In this document: piece by piece, positions 50,604 to 63,669 of the stretch
Position numbering within the stretch: position 1 is the first letter of the stretch
Layout: each line of letters opens with the position of its first letter
Assembly (NCBI GenBank): GCA_013265495.1
Contig: MU057416.1
Coordinates: forward strand, 738,545-802,544
Source: Vicugna vicugna
Lineage: Eukaryota
Direction: 5' to 3'
DNA: 64,000 nt
Notes under the pieces: model-generated
Database searches by the model: none
The model's input: the letters and a program-made list of their open reading frames with translations, nothing else
What the model was told of the DNA's origin: nothing
Position numbers and translations under genes: made by a program

Positions 50604-51160
50604 CTGGCAGGTAAGGAAATCAAGCGAAGGGTGGCGATTAACACTGTGAAAAGGAAGCAGAGAGGTTCTGCAGCCCAGGAAACATCTATATTTGATTTTG
50701 AAAGATATTCTCAGTCCCGAGGCTCCTGCTTTTCTCTGTCTGCCCAGGGACCCCCGTTGTTCACAAGACGTGCGGTTTCCTGCATTTGGCCCGTGCCCCA
50801 CTGTCTCTGCGCACATCTAGCTGTCTGCCTGCTCTGACCGCTCTTGCTGTCAGTGACCAATTTGAAATGTTTGTTTCTGAGGATGCACACGCTGTTGTAC
50901 CATGTTTTAGGCGATATTGCTGGTTCATCTTATTCCTTGCCGAATCATTTACAAATTCCCCGAGAGCGGCAGCCCTCATCTATTTTTCCTTGAATCTCTG
51001 CTGTGTGGTCTAGTGCCTCGAACACGGCAGGAGCTCAGCAAGTAAGAATGAACTAAGCTGGCAGGTAAGGAAATCAAGCGAAGGGTGGCGATTAACACTG
51101 TGAAAAGGAAGCAGAGAGGTTCTGCAGCCCAGGAAACATCTATATTTGATTTTGAAAGAT
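50253..51160. repeat. Perfect 454-bp tandem duplication (50253-50706 / 50707-51160)
   Basis: The copies read identical by eye; identical 72-aa ORFs at 50307-50525 and 50761-50979 (offset 454). Confidence 0.95.
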
Positions 51161-51504
51161 GCGGCGTTTCCCAGGACCGTAGCACTGGGCGGGAGGTTAC
51201 TAAGCCCACAGAATGTTATCAGCAACCTTGGTGCCCACGCTTCTCGGGTTTTAGCGATTCCCTTTGAATCATGGCCACCTCTGAACTGGCCACAGTATTC
51301 TTTGCGCCTGAGTCTGACTTATAGGCCAGATCCTGGGCCGAGGCAGGTCCCACCCCAAATGACGGCTATAAATGAGAAAGAACTGACTTTATAATAAATA
51401 ATGAACTAGAAAAAGTGGGACTGGATGTCAGGAAGGCAAAAGCAGTACGCGCCTAACGTGACCTACCTCCTGGTTCTAGGACATGTCTTCTGACGTTTCC
51501 TGGG

Positions 51505-51902
51505 TGTGTCAGTTCCTTGCGGCTGCCGTAACAGCACCACCATCTGAATGTCTTTAAGCAACAGTGTTTTACATTTTCAGTTTAGGGGGCTGGAAGTCCA
51601 AAGCCAAGGTGTTGGCAGGGCCGTGCTCCCACTGAAGGGTCTAGGGGAGACTCCCTCGCTGCCTCATCTCGGGGAAACAGATAATATCTGCCTCTGACAT
51701 CAGATGGCCTTCTGCCCTGTGTCTGTGTCCAAACTTCTCACTTTGTACAAGGATGCTAGTCACTGGATGAGCGCACACCCCAATCCTGTATGAGCTCATT
51801 TTAACTTGCTTATATCTGTCAAGAGCCTGTGTCCAACTACGGTCACGTTCTGAAGTTCTGGGCAGATGTGAATTTTGGCGAGGACACTGTTCAACCCAGT
51901 AC
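51505..51902 (-). mobile_element. MaLR LTR (MLT1)
   Basis: 'tgtgtcagttccttgcggctgccgtaaca..ggctggaagtccaaagccaaggtgttggcagggccgtgctcc..gttcaacccagtac'. Confidence 0.85.
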
Positions 51903-51904
51903 GT

Positions 51905-52210
51905 GAGGCGTCACCACGCTCCCCCTCTGCCTAGAGCCTTTCACCTGCAGGATAACCAGAATTCTCTTACACGTCACCTGCTCAGAGGAGTGTAATCGGA
52001 GGCAACCTCTTCTCACTCGGCTCCATGTATGTCTGTGTGGCTACTTCCTTTGCATTTGTCTGTTTTATTTACTCTTTTATCCTTAGCATCTAGCGTTACA
52101 CTTGACACATGGTAGGGTATCAATAGACTGATGGAGAAATAAATCAGTGGATGACTGAAGGGGTGGGTGGATCGAAGGGCGGATGGGTGGGTGGTTGGAT
52201 GGATGGGTGG
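51905..52210 (+). mobile_element. L2 3' fragment with (GGAT/GGGT)n tail
   Basis: 'cttagcatctagc..cttgacacatggtagggtatcaata..ggatgggtgggtggttggatggatggg'. Confidence 0.6.
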
Positions 52211-52225
52211 CTGCAGTGACTTGAC

Positions 52226-52338
52226 TATAAACGGGGCATTTTCTCCTTGATTACACTCGGTCAGTCAACATTTAGCCTTTGGCTCTAATGAATGACTGTT
52301 ACACTTGTACACTTAGCTGTCTGTATCTGAGTTCATAC
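52226..52338 (-). pseudogene. Exon (~113 nt, 3' boundary uncertain), phase 1 in, two stops
   Basis: Acceptor 'gtgttttctgcag|GT'. Frame (G)MNSDTDS*VYKCNSHSLEPKAKC*LTECNQGENAPFI. Donor weak ('ATA|gtcaag'). Confidence 0.4.
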
Positions 52339-52639
52339 CTGCAGAAAACACTGAGGGCCTTCCACAGGGGCAGTGTCTAGGAGGAGGAATGAGAGCAGCC
52401 TGATTCAGTACTTGCTCCCCAAAGCTTATGCTGTAAGACAGAAGAAACAGATTTAAAATAGGAAAACAGTAATCACTCGTAGGACTTTTCTCTTAATGGT
52501 GCCATTAATTCGACATACTCAAAAAACAGCAGCGTTGTAGGCTCATCTGCAGGTCACACTGAGCAGCACAACAAGGCGCTGGCACGTAGTGAACACTCAG
52601 GAACCGTCAGCTGGACAAGTTAAGGAATGAACCGTCGGC

Positions 52640-53650
52640 AAAGAGGCAGAGGAGCCCCGTCCCTCCCCTGAGGAGCGGGCACAGTTCTTGCAGACTCAAG
52701 CTGGCAGCAGCCGTGAAGCCGTGCAGCGCTCTCGGGCGCCTCCCCCCGGCGTTCCTGGCCAGGGCGACCCGTCTGTGGCTGTTTGAAAGTTTGCAAGAAG
52801 GAATCCCAAAGTGACAACCGACGGAGCTGGGCCCCCGTTTAGTTTGGGGACATTCCAGGGTCCCTTTCGGAGAGGGACCGATGGCACATTTTTGTTGTAG
52901 TTAATTAAGCCCTCCGCCTGGGCGAGTCAGCGGTGAGCTGGACACAGACGGCGTGAAAGACTGGCGTGCCCCCTACGGGCCGGGGCGCGCCGGGGCGTTT
53001 TAGGTACACGCGTTCTTGCTCTCCACTAGGCAAGGAGAGTGAACTGGACGTTTGTGACGCACGACCAGGCACGTCGCACAGCAGCGTGAGCCAAGCTGGC
53101 GGCAGTCTCCCTGGCGAAGGCCGAGGCCGGGTCACTAGCTAACCGGCCCTGCCGGCGAGCCCGAGCTGGCCTTCCGGCACGCCCCTGCTCCCCGCAGACG
53201 CCCCTGCGCAGGGGCTTGCGGTGTTTCTCCTTTTCACGGCACCTGCCTTCCTGTGAATCGCTGTGCTCGTCCCTGTCCGGGGCCACAGCTGTACCCGGAG
53301 CCCCGGCCGCCCTGGAGGCCCTCAGGCCTGCACTCACCGCCCCACCGTCCCCCCGGGAAGGGGATCCCCTTGCGTGGATGTTTCTCGCAAATAACGTCGT
53401 CTTGAGTTTCTGACGTGATCCCGAACTGCCAGGCTGGCGCTTTGTTCTCCCGGAGATGAAGCAGCGGACGTGATGGGTCTCCCCCTCCCCCGCCCCAGGG
53501 TGCTCAGGCCCTGGGCTGCGGGGCGGGCAGGCAGGGCCACACGTGCCGCCCGCGCTGCTGGGCCGGCGGGCTCCACCTGTCACCGGCGGGCGCTGGTTTA
53601 CACAGAGGGAAGGCCGGAGGGTCAGGCGCTCTGACTCACGACCACTCTTT
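52640..53650. promoter_or_regulatory. CpG island with promoter-type motifs
   Basis: Dense CpG, TGACGTGA (53411), CACGTG (~53540), GC boxes (53487-53496, 53520-53526). Strong minus-strand donor GCG|gtgagt after 53338. Confidence 0.7.
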
Positions 53651-54099
53651 TTGAAGCGTGCATTGTGATTTCTGACAGAGGAAGGAAGGGATTCAGACAA
53701 AACAAGGGAAGGAAGAATTTGTTATTTCTTTCCACCAGCTGAGTCTCTGGTTCCTCTTGCCAAGAATATCACTTCAATTTATAAGACAAAGACAAATCGA
53801 ATTGTACATCATTTAAAATTTAATTTGGAGTCACCCCATGTCTGGAGTCAAGTTCTCTATTCTGAGGTTAAAAAAAAATAGGAACATGAGAATAAGAAGA
53901 ATCATGGCCGGCCCCCTAGTGCAAATTTCACCACCTGTATGTGTGGTGGACACAAATATGGGTGTTGAATAAACTTTAATACATTGTATCTATTTTTAAT
54001 TAGGTCTACTGAATATATATACCATTGCCACAGTAAGGAGTGTGTTCTGATTTTCAGCAACATATTTTATAGAAAGGAGGTAAGCAGAAGACACAAGGT

Positions 54100-54350
54100 G
54101 GTCTCAGTGTTGGGGAGATACACAGCACTACATACAAACTCATGAACAAGGACCTCCTGCACCGCACAGGGACTATGTTCAACTCCTTGTGATGAGCTGT
54201 CATGGAGAAGAATCTGAAAAAGTGTATGTATTTGTATGTATGTGTATAACTGATTCTCTTTGCTGTACATGTGAAACTGACATTGTAAACTGACTACACT
54301 TCTATACAAAATAAAATTGTTTTAAGTTACTCAAAAAAGAAAGAAAGAAA
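54100..54350 (+). mobile_element. LINE-1 3' end with A-rich tail
   Basis: 'aacaaggacctcctgcaccgcacagggactatg..aactgacattgtaaactgactacacttc..aaaaaagaaagaaagaaa'. Confidence 0.85.
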
Positions 54351-54430
54351 CAAGGAAAACATGAACCAGCACCATTACACAACAATGCTGGTGTCAGAAC
54401 ACAGCTTGCAACCTGGGCTGTGCTTCTTAC

Positions 54431-54454
54431 CTGCAAGGAGGCTGGAAGCACAGG
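54431..54454 (-). pseudogene. Candidate 24-nt symmetric exon (phase 1 to 1)
   Basis: Acceptor 'ttccttgtgtctttgacgtgcag|CC', strong donor 'CAG|gtaaga'. Frame (A)CASSLLA(G). Confidence 0.4.
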
Positions 54455-55149
54455 CTGCACGTCAAAGACACAAGGAACCTGAAACCATGCTGAACATGTA
54501 CCTTCGTGGTTTTTTCATCCACAAGTGAAAACGCCCCCAGCAAGGCTCACCACCGAGAAGGTGTCCGTAAGGAGCACATTTTGGTTACGCAGACCCATAT
54601 TTTCTTCCTTTTTAAGAAAAAAAAATTTAATTGCAGGATAGTCCGTTTACAATGCTGTGTCAGTTTCTGGTGTCCGGCATCATGTCCCAGGCATCCATAT
54701 ACATAAACATTTTCTTAATTCAGTAGTTTGCCTGTCACCATGGCTTTCTGGCATGAACACTTCTAAGTGCCAAACAATTAGCTTCAAGAACAAAAGAATG
54801 CACGTGTGCACAAGCGATCAGCTAGTCTGCGTCAACCGACAATTCACGCGAAAACAGCCGCCGGGGCCAAACCAGCCTTTCTGAGACTGAGCTTCTGGGC
54901 TGGTGCTCTCCTGACTTCCCAGTTGTCAATGAACACAGGTGAGTGTCGGCCTTTCATCCTTACACACACATGTGAACAAGATCATAGAAGATGTGAGCAA
55001 AAATTATGTTAAACAAGATAAAGATTCTGTGTTCAAATAGCACACCAGGAAGTATCAATGTCAAGGTCCTTTTTAGTGACGTTGCAGTGAGGACACTGGC
55101 CACTGTGTTTCCACTGACGTGCTTATCAAGGTGTAAAAATTATCATCAC

Positions 55150-55187
55150 CTGCTCTGGAAGTGGAATGTGACAAAGTTAACACTCCA
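55150..55187 (-). pseudogene. Candidate exon, 38 nt, phase 2 to 1
   Basis: Long polypyrimidine tract '..tttcttattag|T', donor 'CAG|gtgatg'. Frame (S)GVLTLSHSTSRA. Confidence 0.45.
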
Positions 55188-55367
55188 CTAATAAGAAACC
55201 CAGTAGAGAAAGAGAAAAAAACAACCATAAATCATCATCAGCCATTATTTTACTTTTACAGAGAAAAGTGAGGGAAAATCGTAACTGTTTTGCATTTTAA
55301 TAGTCACAGTCAGTGCTCCTGTTTCTCCTAAGATCTAAAAGTGCTTAGATTTTTAAAGTTAACACAC

Positions 55368-55426
55368 CTATGGTGCTGTATTTTGGATTAAAAAAAACAT
55401 TTATTCCATGGTAATGTTTGTTTATT
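55368..55426 (-). pseudogene. Candidate exon, 59 nt, phase 0 to 2, one stop
   Basis: Acceptor 'ttttctcgtgttcaattcag|AAT', donor 'TAG|gtgtgt'. Frame NKQTLPWNKCFF*SKIQHH(S). Confidence 0.45.
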
Positions 55427-56129
55427 CTGAATTGAACACGAGAAAACTCTCACTGCATTTTCTTCCTGTGAGAAACTTCCATTTCTAAAGGAACGACACA
55501 CTTCCCCACTCGGCAGCGCAGCAGCTTTCCGGGGGCCTCCTGTTCTAATACGTTTTCCCGGTGGAAGGGCACCCTTGCTGCCGCGTCGCCCCACGGAACC
55601 GGGGCAGCTCGCCCCGACCCTACTTGTGAGGCAGCCACGCGCCCCTGGACTGATGGTGTGTCAGGACAACTCTGTCAGCGAAACACTCCGCCTAGAAAGT
55701 TACGGAACGTAAGCCAGGCTCCCGCATTTGTGCGGCTGGAATTTCTCTGGCAAGTCAGCGGCAACAGGAATCACATGTATTTGTGATCAAAACAAGGTTT
55801 CACCAGAAAAATCCTGTCACTCTGCAAGGACTTGGCTCCTGACAACGTCCCGCCTCCTACCTCCACACATCTCTAAAACTCCCCTTTTAACTGAGTCAGC
55901 ATAGTATGTGATGATGGTTTCTGTCATAAGAAAGTCCCTCAGCTTCCCCATCTGCATCCCATTGTCTGTCCCCATTTCTCTGTCCCTTTCACAAAACCCG
56001 TAACAAATGCCTTCCACGTTCCCGTGTGCAGTCCTCGTCTGCACCCTCTGGACCCCGCAGCCCCACTGAAACAGCTCTGGCGGGGCTCAGGGTCCTCCTC
56101 CAGCCCAGGGCTTCATTCTCTGTCCCCGA

Positions 56130-59100
56130 TGCTGGGTGCCCTGCACACCGTTTGCAGGAATTGACCGTATCTATATCGAAAGTGCGTCAGCATCCGTCTT
56201 GCGTAAACAAGTGCTCTGACTTCACCAAAGGCTTCCTGTCAACATCCTTTCAGGGACTCCTCTGTTTATCTACTCTGGCTTCATAGGTGATTCTACTCAG
56301 CCCTGCGGCCTTCCCTTCCATCCCTCCCCTGTAAGGGCCCCACTCTGACAGCGTCACCAAAACCCTCAGACTAGACTTGTCTGGCTTCCTTCCCTCCTCC
56401 GGATGGGGGCATCGTCCCTGCTGTGGTTGCGTCAGCCTGCTCTTTTGCGTTGCTGCATAGTACTCCGTTGTGTGAATGTTCCAGTCTATTTCCTCCATCC
56501 GCTGCATGTGAAAAATTGAGTTGCTTATGATTTGGAGATATTGTGAGTAAAGATGCTGTAAATTTTCTTAACCATGTCTTTGGTTGGATATAAGCATTTA
56601 TTTTGGTTGGGACTTTGTTCGAGAAAGGAATTAATTGCTCAATTCCATTCCTGGATACAGGAATACTTATTTTAGGAGGTTCTACCTAAAAGGTTCCTAA
56701 AACATTCGTATCATGCCATACACCTATGATCAGTGTAAGGGAGCGTCACTGAATTCAGAGGTGCACAAACTTGACACTGATTTTTAATTTTAGCCATAGT
56801 GGAAATAGTGTTATCTTGTGATTTTAATTTGCATTTTTTCTGTTGCTGAATGATAATCAACATATGTTTAATGTCCAGTTTTATATCTTCCTTCATGAAA
56901 TGTCTTTTCAAGTCTTTGCTTATATTTTTTGAATGATCTTTTATTATTAATTTTAAAGTTTTCAGAAATCCTGAAAAGCTTTATAGCTTTGAAATACCTT
57001 TTACTGGTCTGTGGTATGCTTGCCCTTTACTTTCTTAATAGTGTTTTTGAAGGAATAGAAAAATTTAATAAAGTCCAGTGTACTGATAATTTCTTCTACA
57101 TTTAGTGCTTTTTTTTAATCCTATTTTAATTTCTTAAACTGAAGTATAGTTGATTTACAATATTATATTAGTTTCAGGTGTACAACATAGTGATTCAGTA
57201 TGCTTATAGATTATAATCCATTTTGAGTTCTTACAGGACAGTAGCTGTTATCCCCTGTGCCTTATATGCTCATTGCATGTTTATTTTATACACAATAGTC
57301 TGTGTCCCTGAACCCCATGTTCCCACCGTGCCCCCTACCCAGGCCTCTCCTGCTAGTCTGTTCTCTGTATCTGTGAGTCTGTTTCTGTTTCATTAAATAG
57401 ATTTGTTTTATTTCTTAGATTCCACATGTAAATGGTAGCATAGGATATGTGTCTTTCTCTGTCTGACTTGGTTCACTAAGCATAATACGCTCTAGGTCCA
57501 TCCATGCTGTTGCAAATGGCAGAATGTCATTCCCTTTTAAGGCTAAGTAGTATTCCATTGTGTGTGTGTGTGTGTACATACATATATATAGACACACACA
57601 TATACACACAACATCTTTATCCATTCATCTGCTGATGGGTTCTCATATCATGAGAGTTGTAAACAATGCTACTATGAACAACTGGGGTGCATGTATCTTT
57701 TTTAATGAGTGTTTTAATTTTCTTTGTGTGTATATATATATACACCCAGCAGGGGAATTGCCGGATTGTATAGTAGTTCTGTTTTTAGCTTTCTGAAGAT
57801 TGTCTTTTCTCCATCGTATACTTTTGCCTCCTTTGTCATAAATTAATCGACCACAGGTGTGTGGGTTTACATCCGCTCTCTGTTACGCTGACCTGTGAGT
57901 CCGTGTCTGTGCCAGCGCCCTGCTGCTGCGGTCACTGTAGCTTTACAGTGTCGTCTGCTGGCAGGAAGCACGATGCCCCCAGGTTTGTTCTTCGTTTTCA
58001 AGATCTCTGTGGCAGTTTGGGGTCTCTGGTGGTTCCATTTGAATCAGGGTTATTCGTTCGAGTTCTGTGAAGAATGTCATGGGTATTTTGAAAGGGACAG
58101 CCCTAAGTCTGTAGATGGCTTTGGGTAGTATGGCCATTTAAAGAATATTAATTCTTCCAGTCCAAGAGCACAAATTATCTTTCCATTTCTTTGTATCACT
58201 TTCAAATTTCTTTATCAATGTTTTATAGTTTTTAGAATATAGTTACTTCACCTCCTTAGTTAAGTTTATTCCTAGGTGTTTTATTCTTTTTGATGTGATT
58301 GTAAATGGAACTGTTTCCTTAACTTCTCTTTCGGATTGTTTCTTGTAAGTGTGTGGAAAAGAAGAGATTTCTGTATATTAATCTTGTATCCTGCAACTTT
58401 ACTGCATTTAGTTATTTGTTCTAATAGTTTGTGTATGTCTGTGTATGTGTGTGTGTCTGTGTGTGTGTGTAGAGGCCCTTACGGTTTTCTATGTATATAG
58501 TATCATGTCATTTGCAAACAGTGGCAGTTTTATTTCTTCCCTTTCTATTTGAATGCCTTTCGTTTTTGTTGTCTGCTGTGGTTAGAACTTCTAATACTCT
58601 GTTAAATAGAAGTGGCGAGAGTGGGCATCCTTGTGTTGTTCCTGATTTTAGAAGAACAGCTTTCAGCTATTCACCACTGAATGTGTTAGGGGTGGGTTTG
58701 CCATAAATGGCCTTTATTATATTGAAGCATGTTCCCTCTACGCCCACTTTCTTGAGAGCTTTTAACACGAATGGATGTTGAAATTCTGGGAAATGCTATT
58801 TCTGCATCTGTCGAGGTGCCATGTGACGTTTATCCCTCCTTTTGTTAATGTGTGCATCACACTGACCGACTTGAGAACACTGACCCATGCCTGCATCCCT
58901 GGAACAAATCTCACTTCATCGTGATGTTAAGATCCTTTTTACATATCATTGAATTCAATTTGCTGATATCTTGTTAAGGGTTTTTGCATCTACATTCATC
59001 AGCAATGTTGGCCTGTAATTCTTTTTTTGTAGTATCTTTGCCTGATTTTGGTATCAGGATAATGGTGGCCTTTTAGAATAAATTTATGAGTATTACATTC

Positions 59101-60085
59101 TCTTCAATTTTTTTGGAATAGTTTGAGAAGGACAGGCATTAGCTCTTCTTTGTATGTTTGGTAGAATTTCCCTTGTGAAGCCGTCCTGCCCTGGACTTCT
59201 GTTTGTTGTGAATTTTTTCTTACAAATGTAATTTCACTACTTATTATCAGTCCGTTTAGATTTCTATTTCTTTCTAGTTCAGTCTTGAAAGTTGTATGTT
59301 CCTACAAATGTGTCCATTTCTTCTAGGTTGTCCACTTTGCATAACAGTTCATGTATTCTCTTACAATTTTTTTATCTCTTATTTTGTTAATTTGGGGTTT
59401 TTTTTCTTTTCTTCTTGGCTAAAGATTTATCAGTTTTTTTTTAATCTTTTCAAAGATCTACCTCTTGGTTTCATTGATGTTTTCTATTTTTTTATCTCTA
59501 TTTTATTTCCTCTCTGATCTTTATTATGTCCTTTCTTCTGCTGGCTTACAGCTTTGTTCTTTTTCCAATTCCTTTTGATGGAAGCCTAGGTTTTTAATAT
59601 TTGAGATTTTTTCTTGCTTGTTGAGGGATGCCTGTATTGCTATAAAACCTTGTTTTTTAAATCCAATTAGCCACCTTACATCTTCTGATTGGAGAATTTA
59701 TTCCATTGGCATTTAAAGTAATTATTGATCAGTGTATCCTTATTGCCATTTTGTTAACTGTTTTCTTGATATCTTTCTGTAGTTCTTCTCTGTTCTTTTC
59801 ATTGAGTCTCTTCCCTTGTGGTTGATGATCTTCTTTACAGAGAAAGGAACACAAACATACCACTCGTTTTTGTGTATATATTGTAGATTTTTAATTTGTG
59901 GTTACCATGGGATGGGATTCATAAATGTTGACCTATAACCATATATATTTGTTTTAAACAGGTAGCCCTTTAACTTCAAATGCATTCTAAAAGATCTACA
60001 TTTTTTTACTCCTTTCCCCCACACTTTGTGTTTTTGATGTCATACTTTACGTCTTCGTCTCTATCCCCCTACTGATTACTGTAGT
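56130..60085 (-). mobile_element. Cluster of LINE-1 fragments (older 3' piece 56130-57110; ORF2/3'UTR with internal deletions 57120-60085)
   Basis: ORF track: [48 protein letters not shown]-rich strand. Confidence 0.85.
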
Positions 60086-60094
60086 TGTTCTTTT

Positions 60095-60260
60095 TGAAAA
60101 GCTTTTGTTGACATAGTTGATTCACAGTGTTGGTTTCAGGTGCATGACAGCGATTGTTCTACATATACACATACATGTATGTATTTTCTTTTCAGACTCC
60201 TTTCCATTCTGTTATTACGAGCAATTCAATACCATTCCCTGTGCTCTAGAGTAGGTCCTT
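60095..60260 (-). mobile_element. LINE-1 extreme 3' end
   Basis: 'gttgacatagttgattcacagtgttggtttcaggtg..attccctgtgctctagagtaggtccttg'. Confidence 0.8.
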
Positions 60261-61235
60261 GGGCTTCTGCACAGCAAAAGAAACCACAAACAAAATGAAA
60301 AGACAACCTACAGAATGGAAGGAAATTATTTGCAAATGACACAACTGACAAGGGATGAATTTCTAAAATATACAAACAGCTCATACAGCTTAATATCAAA
60401 AAAAAAGCAACCCAATCAAAAAGTAGGGAGAAGACCTAAATAGACATTTCTCCGAGAAGACACCCACATGGACAACAGGCCCATGAAAAGATGCTCAACA
60501 TCGTTAATTGAGAAAAGCAAATCAAAACTACAATGAGGTATCATCTCACACCAGTCAGAATGGCCATCATTAAAATGGCTACAAATAATAATTGTTGCAG
60601 GAGGTACAGAGAAACAGGAGCCCTCCCCTACACTGCTGGTGGGAGTGTAAACTGGTGCAGCCACTGTGGAGAACAGTATGGAGGTTTCTTAAAAACTAAA
60701 AATAGACTTACCATATGATCCAGCAATCCCACTCCTGGGCACACATCAGGAGAAAACTAATCTGAAAAGACACATGTACCCCAGTGTTCACAGCAGCACC
60801 ATTTACAACAGCCAAGACATGGAGACAACCTAAATGTCCACTGACAGAGGACTGGATGAAGAAGAGGTGGTGTGTGTGGAATATTACTCATACATAAAAA
60901 AATGAAATAATGCCCTTTACAGCAACATAGATGGACCCAGAGATGATCATATTGAGTGAAGTAAGTCAGAGAAAGACAAGTATCATATGATATCACTTAT
61001 ATGTGTAATCTAAGGGAAAAAAAGATACAAGTTCTATTTACAAACCAAAAGCAGATTCACGGACATAGTAAACAAACTATGGTTACCAAAGGGGAAAGGA
61101 TGGGGAGGGACAAATTAGGGGCTGGGGATTACAGACACATGTTACTCTACACATAACAGATAAGCAACAAGGGCCTGCTGTAAAGCACAGGGAACTATAT
61201 TCAATGTTTTGTAATAACCTATAATGAAAACGAAC
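60261..61235 (+). mobile_element. LINE-1 ORF2 3' end plus 3'UTR, lacking a tail
   Basis: [14 protein letters not shown].., 'ttaccatatgatccagcaatcccactcctggg', 3'UTR motifs. Confidence 0.9.
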
Positions 61236-63191
61236 TGGAGAACTGAGGGAATTAACTAAGTAAGGCTGAAGAACAGGACTCCAGCAGAGGCGGGGGCCAA
61301 GTTCACAGGACACGTGTTGTAAAACTGTGAGAACGTTCAGAGCCAGAACCGTGTCTTGTCCACGCCTGCCCAGCACAGCAGGTGAAAGGCGGCTGCCTCT
61401 ATAAGCACACTGATGAAGAGACTGTCTTTTATTCCGAAGGCCAGGGAGCCACTGCAGGACACAGTATAAAGGAGCAGCGTAAGCAGGTTTCTGCTCTATG
61501 ACGCTTCAGGGACTCCAGGATGCTGAGACACGCAGGAAGATGTCCAGTGCACTTGGCCTGTGGTCGGGATGAGGACCCCAGCTCAGGAACAGAGGGTCAG
61601 CGCCAGGAGCAGTGAGAGATCGGGCTGGGGGGGAGGGGCGCCTGCTGATGGGGATCTTTCAGAGCCAAAATGAGCAGTTTGGACTAAAATCACAGGAGAT
61701 CAAAAGCCATCGTAGGGTGATAACTGAACAAGGATCTTAGAAAACTCAACTACACAATGAATCATAAGGGCAACAGCCTAGAGGTTGGGCATCCAGTTTG
61801 GGGACTTCATGGAGGGGATTATGTGCCCGCAGGTGCAAGTTCAAGCTGGGGTCCTGAGCAGGATAGAGGGAGAGAGATACCTTTAAGAGAAGTAGCACTT
61901 GGCGATTCCATTAATTTACTCAATTATTCAATTTATTCACTAATAAGCCACATCATTCAATGTGGAATCTAAAAAAAATGATACAAATTCTATTTCCCTT
62001 CAGCGGGAGACACAGGCAGACGGTCCCGATGGCTCCTTGTGCTGCAGGACCTGGCGGGGGATGGCACTCAGGCTGCTCTTCTCCCGAGGCAAGTTTGATT
62101 TGATTTTGTTTTTTGATACTCGAAGGAAAAAGGAAAAAGCCAGTTGCTTGAAATAGGAAAGATGCTAAACATAAAAAAGCATGTGTAAGTGGCAAAGTCC
62201 TTAGAGAGGTGGAAAGAATGCAGTAAAAGGATCAGCTTGAGACTCTGGAGACGCACACAAAGTGTGAGTGAGACGTACACAAAGAGAAGCGCTGGCGTGA
62301 GGAGGGGCGGCCGGGGACAGTCACTGCGAGCCGTGGACGGACAGCCTGGTGACGCCACGTCAGTGTGGTCAGGGCCACACATGGCACATGGGGCTGGACC
62401 CTGAGCCCAGAAGGGCAGAGGAAGTCGAACATGTTTTGTTTAGGAAGAAGGGCATCAAAGCCACGTGCTTTCCTTTACGTGCGGAAACCAGGCCGCTGCA
62501 GCTGGTGGGCAGTCTCCCCCGCGTGTGAGTGTCCGACAAGAGAACAGTTTTCCCCTGCAGCCCCCCCCTCACTGGGCCGCCTCCAAACGTGAGCCTGGGA
62601 AGCAGACGTGCTGTAACTCAGTTTACTTAGATGGAATGAGAATTCAACTCATGTTTCTAAGAAAAAGAATTCTATTTAAATCCAAGTAGAAAATTCCCAT
62701 ACAGTTTAATCAATGCCTGGGAATATATTATTGTTTCTCCAGAGTCAGAGCACAAGTGGCATTTGCTGCATGTAAGACTCAAGACTTGCAGTTCCAAGCA
62801 GCAGAAAGCCGCGCGCACACAGGCTTATTAAGCAGAGGTTGCTTTGTGTCTTTTGGGTGAACCGGGCTCCCGCCCCATCCGGGGCCCCTTCTCGTCCTCC
62901 TCCAGATCCCTCTCTCTCCCTCTTTCTTACTTCATCTCTGAAGTCATCTTTCTACTTTCAGCTTTTTTGTCAGACAAGCTCCCTTAGTGGTACCCAGTGA
63001 CCACCAGCATCTCATGGTTACATTCTATAAGCTTTAAGTCTAAAGAAAAAGAAAAGCATTTCTTCCTTATGTCAACAAAAACGCCGCAGTTGTGTTTCTC
63101 TCGCTCTGACTGGCTGGCTTGGGACACACGACCTTCCATCACCCTGCGATGTGTTCCCAGTGCTCAGATCCAGAACACATCCAACTAGGAC

Positions 63192-63283
63192 CTCCCCCTC
63201 CAACCAGGGATGGGGAGAGGAAATCAGGACGTCAGTCGTAGGTGACGAAGTAACGGGTGCTGTTGAAGTCACAGCGATGTTCG
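63192..63283 (-). pseudogene. Candidate exon, 92 nt, phase 1 to 0
   Basis: Acceptor 'atgtttttcattacag|CG'. Open frame (A)NIAVTSTAPVTSSPTTDVLISSPHPWLEGE. Donor 'GAG|gtccta' (weak). Confidence 0.5.
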
Positions 63284-63399
63284 CTGTAATGAAAAACATT
63301 TAAGTACAATTTCAGTGCTTTCATCTGCTCTCCAGTTTTGGATTCAGAGTGAAAATGTCTCCAGTCAAAGAGAATATGTCCGTGGCTTTTTAGACTCAC

Positions 63400-63427
63400 C
63401 GTCTTTAAGTGGCACTTTGAGTAAGGA
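63400..63427 (-). pseudogene. Exon, 28 nt
   Basis: Very long polypyrimidine acceptor '..cttgttttcaatacag|TCC' and consensus donor 'ACG|gtgagt'. Phase 0 to 1 reads SLLKVPLKD; phase 2 to 0 reads (H)PYSKCHLKT. Confidence 0.65.
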
Positions 63428-63669
63428 CTGTATTGAAAACAAGCAGAAGGTAATAAGAAAAAGAAAAAAAAGCATAGCCTAACATAAGCTAAGGTAAAGT
63501 TAGAATATTTTCAATGACGGCTAACTAGAATTATTCTATAATTACTCCACCATAGCCCTGAGAGTGAGTCACCAAGGACTGAATATTTATAAGCTTTCTG
63601 ACCTCAAAAAATTCAAAATCATAAATGAGGTCACCTAAGGAGACTGTGGAAAACTTCCATGCAACTTAC

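Noticed and set aside
53026..53700. Longest ORF in the track (224 aa, minus)
   Set aside because: Lies in a CpG island, R/G/A/P-rich with no domain; expected from stop-codon depletion.
60095..61235. Possible twin-priming L1 inversion
   Set aside because: The overlapping 3'UTR portions (60200-60260 vs 61168-61230) differ at many positions and no TSD is visible; more likely two separate copies.
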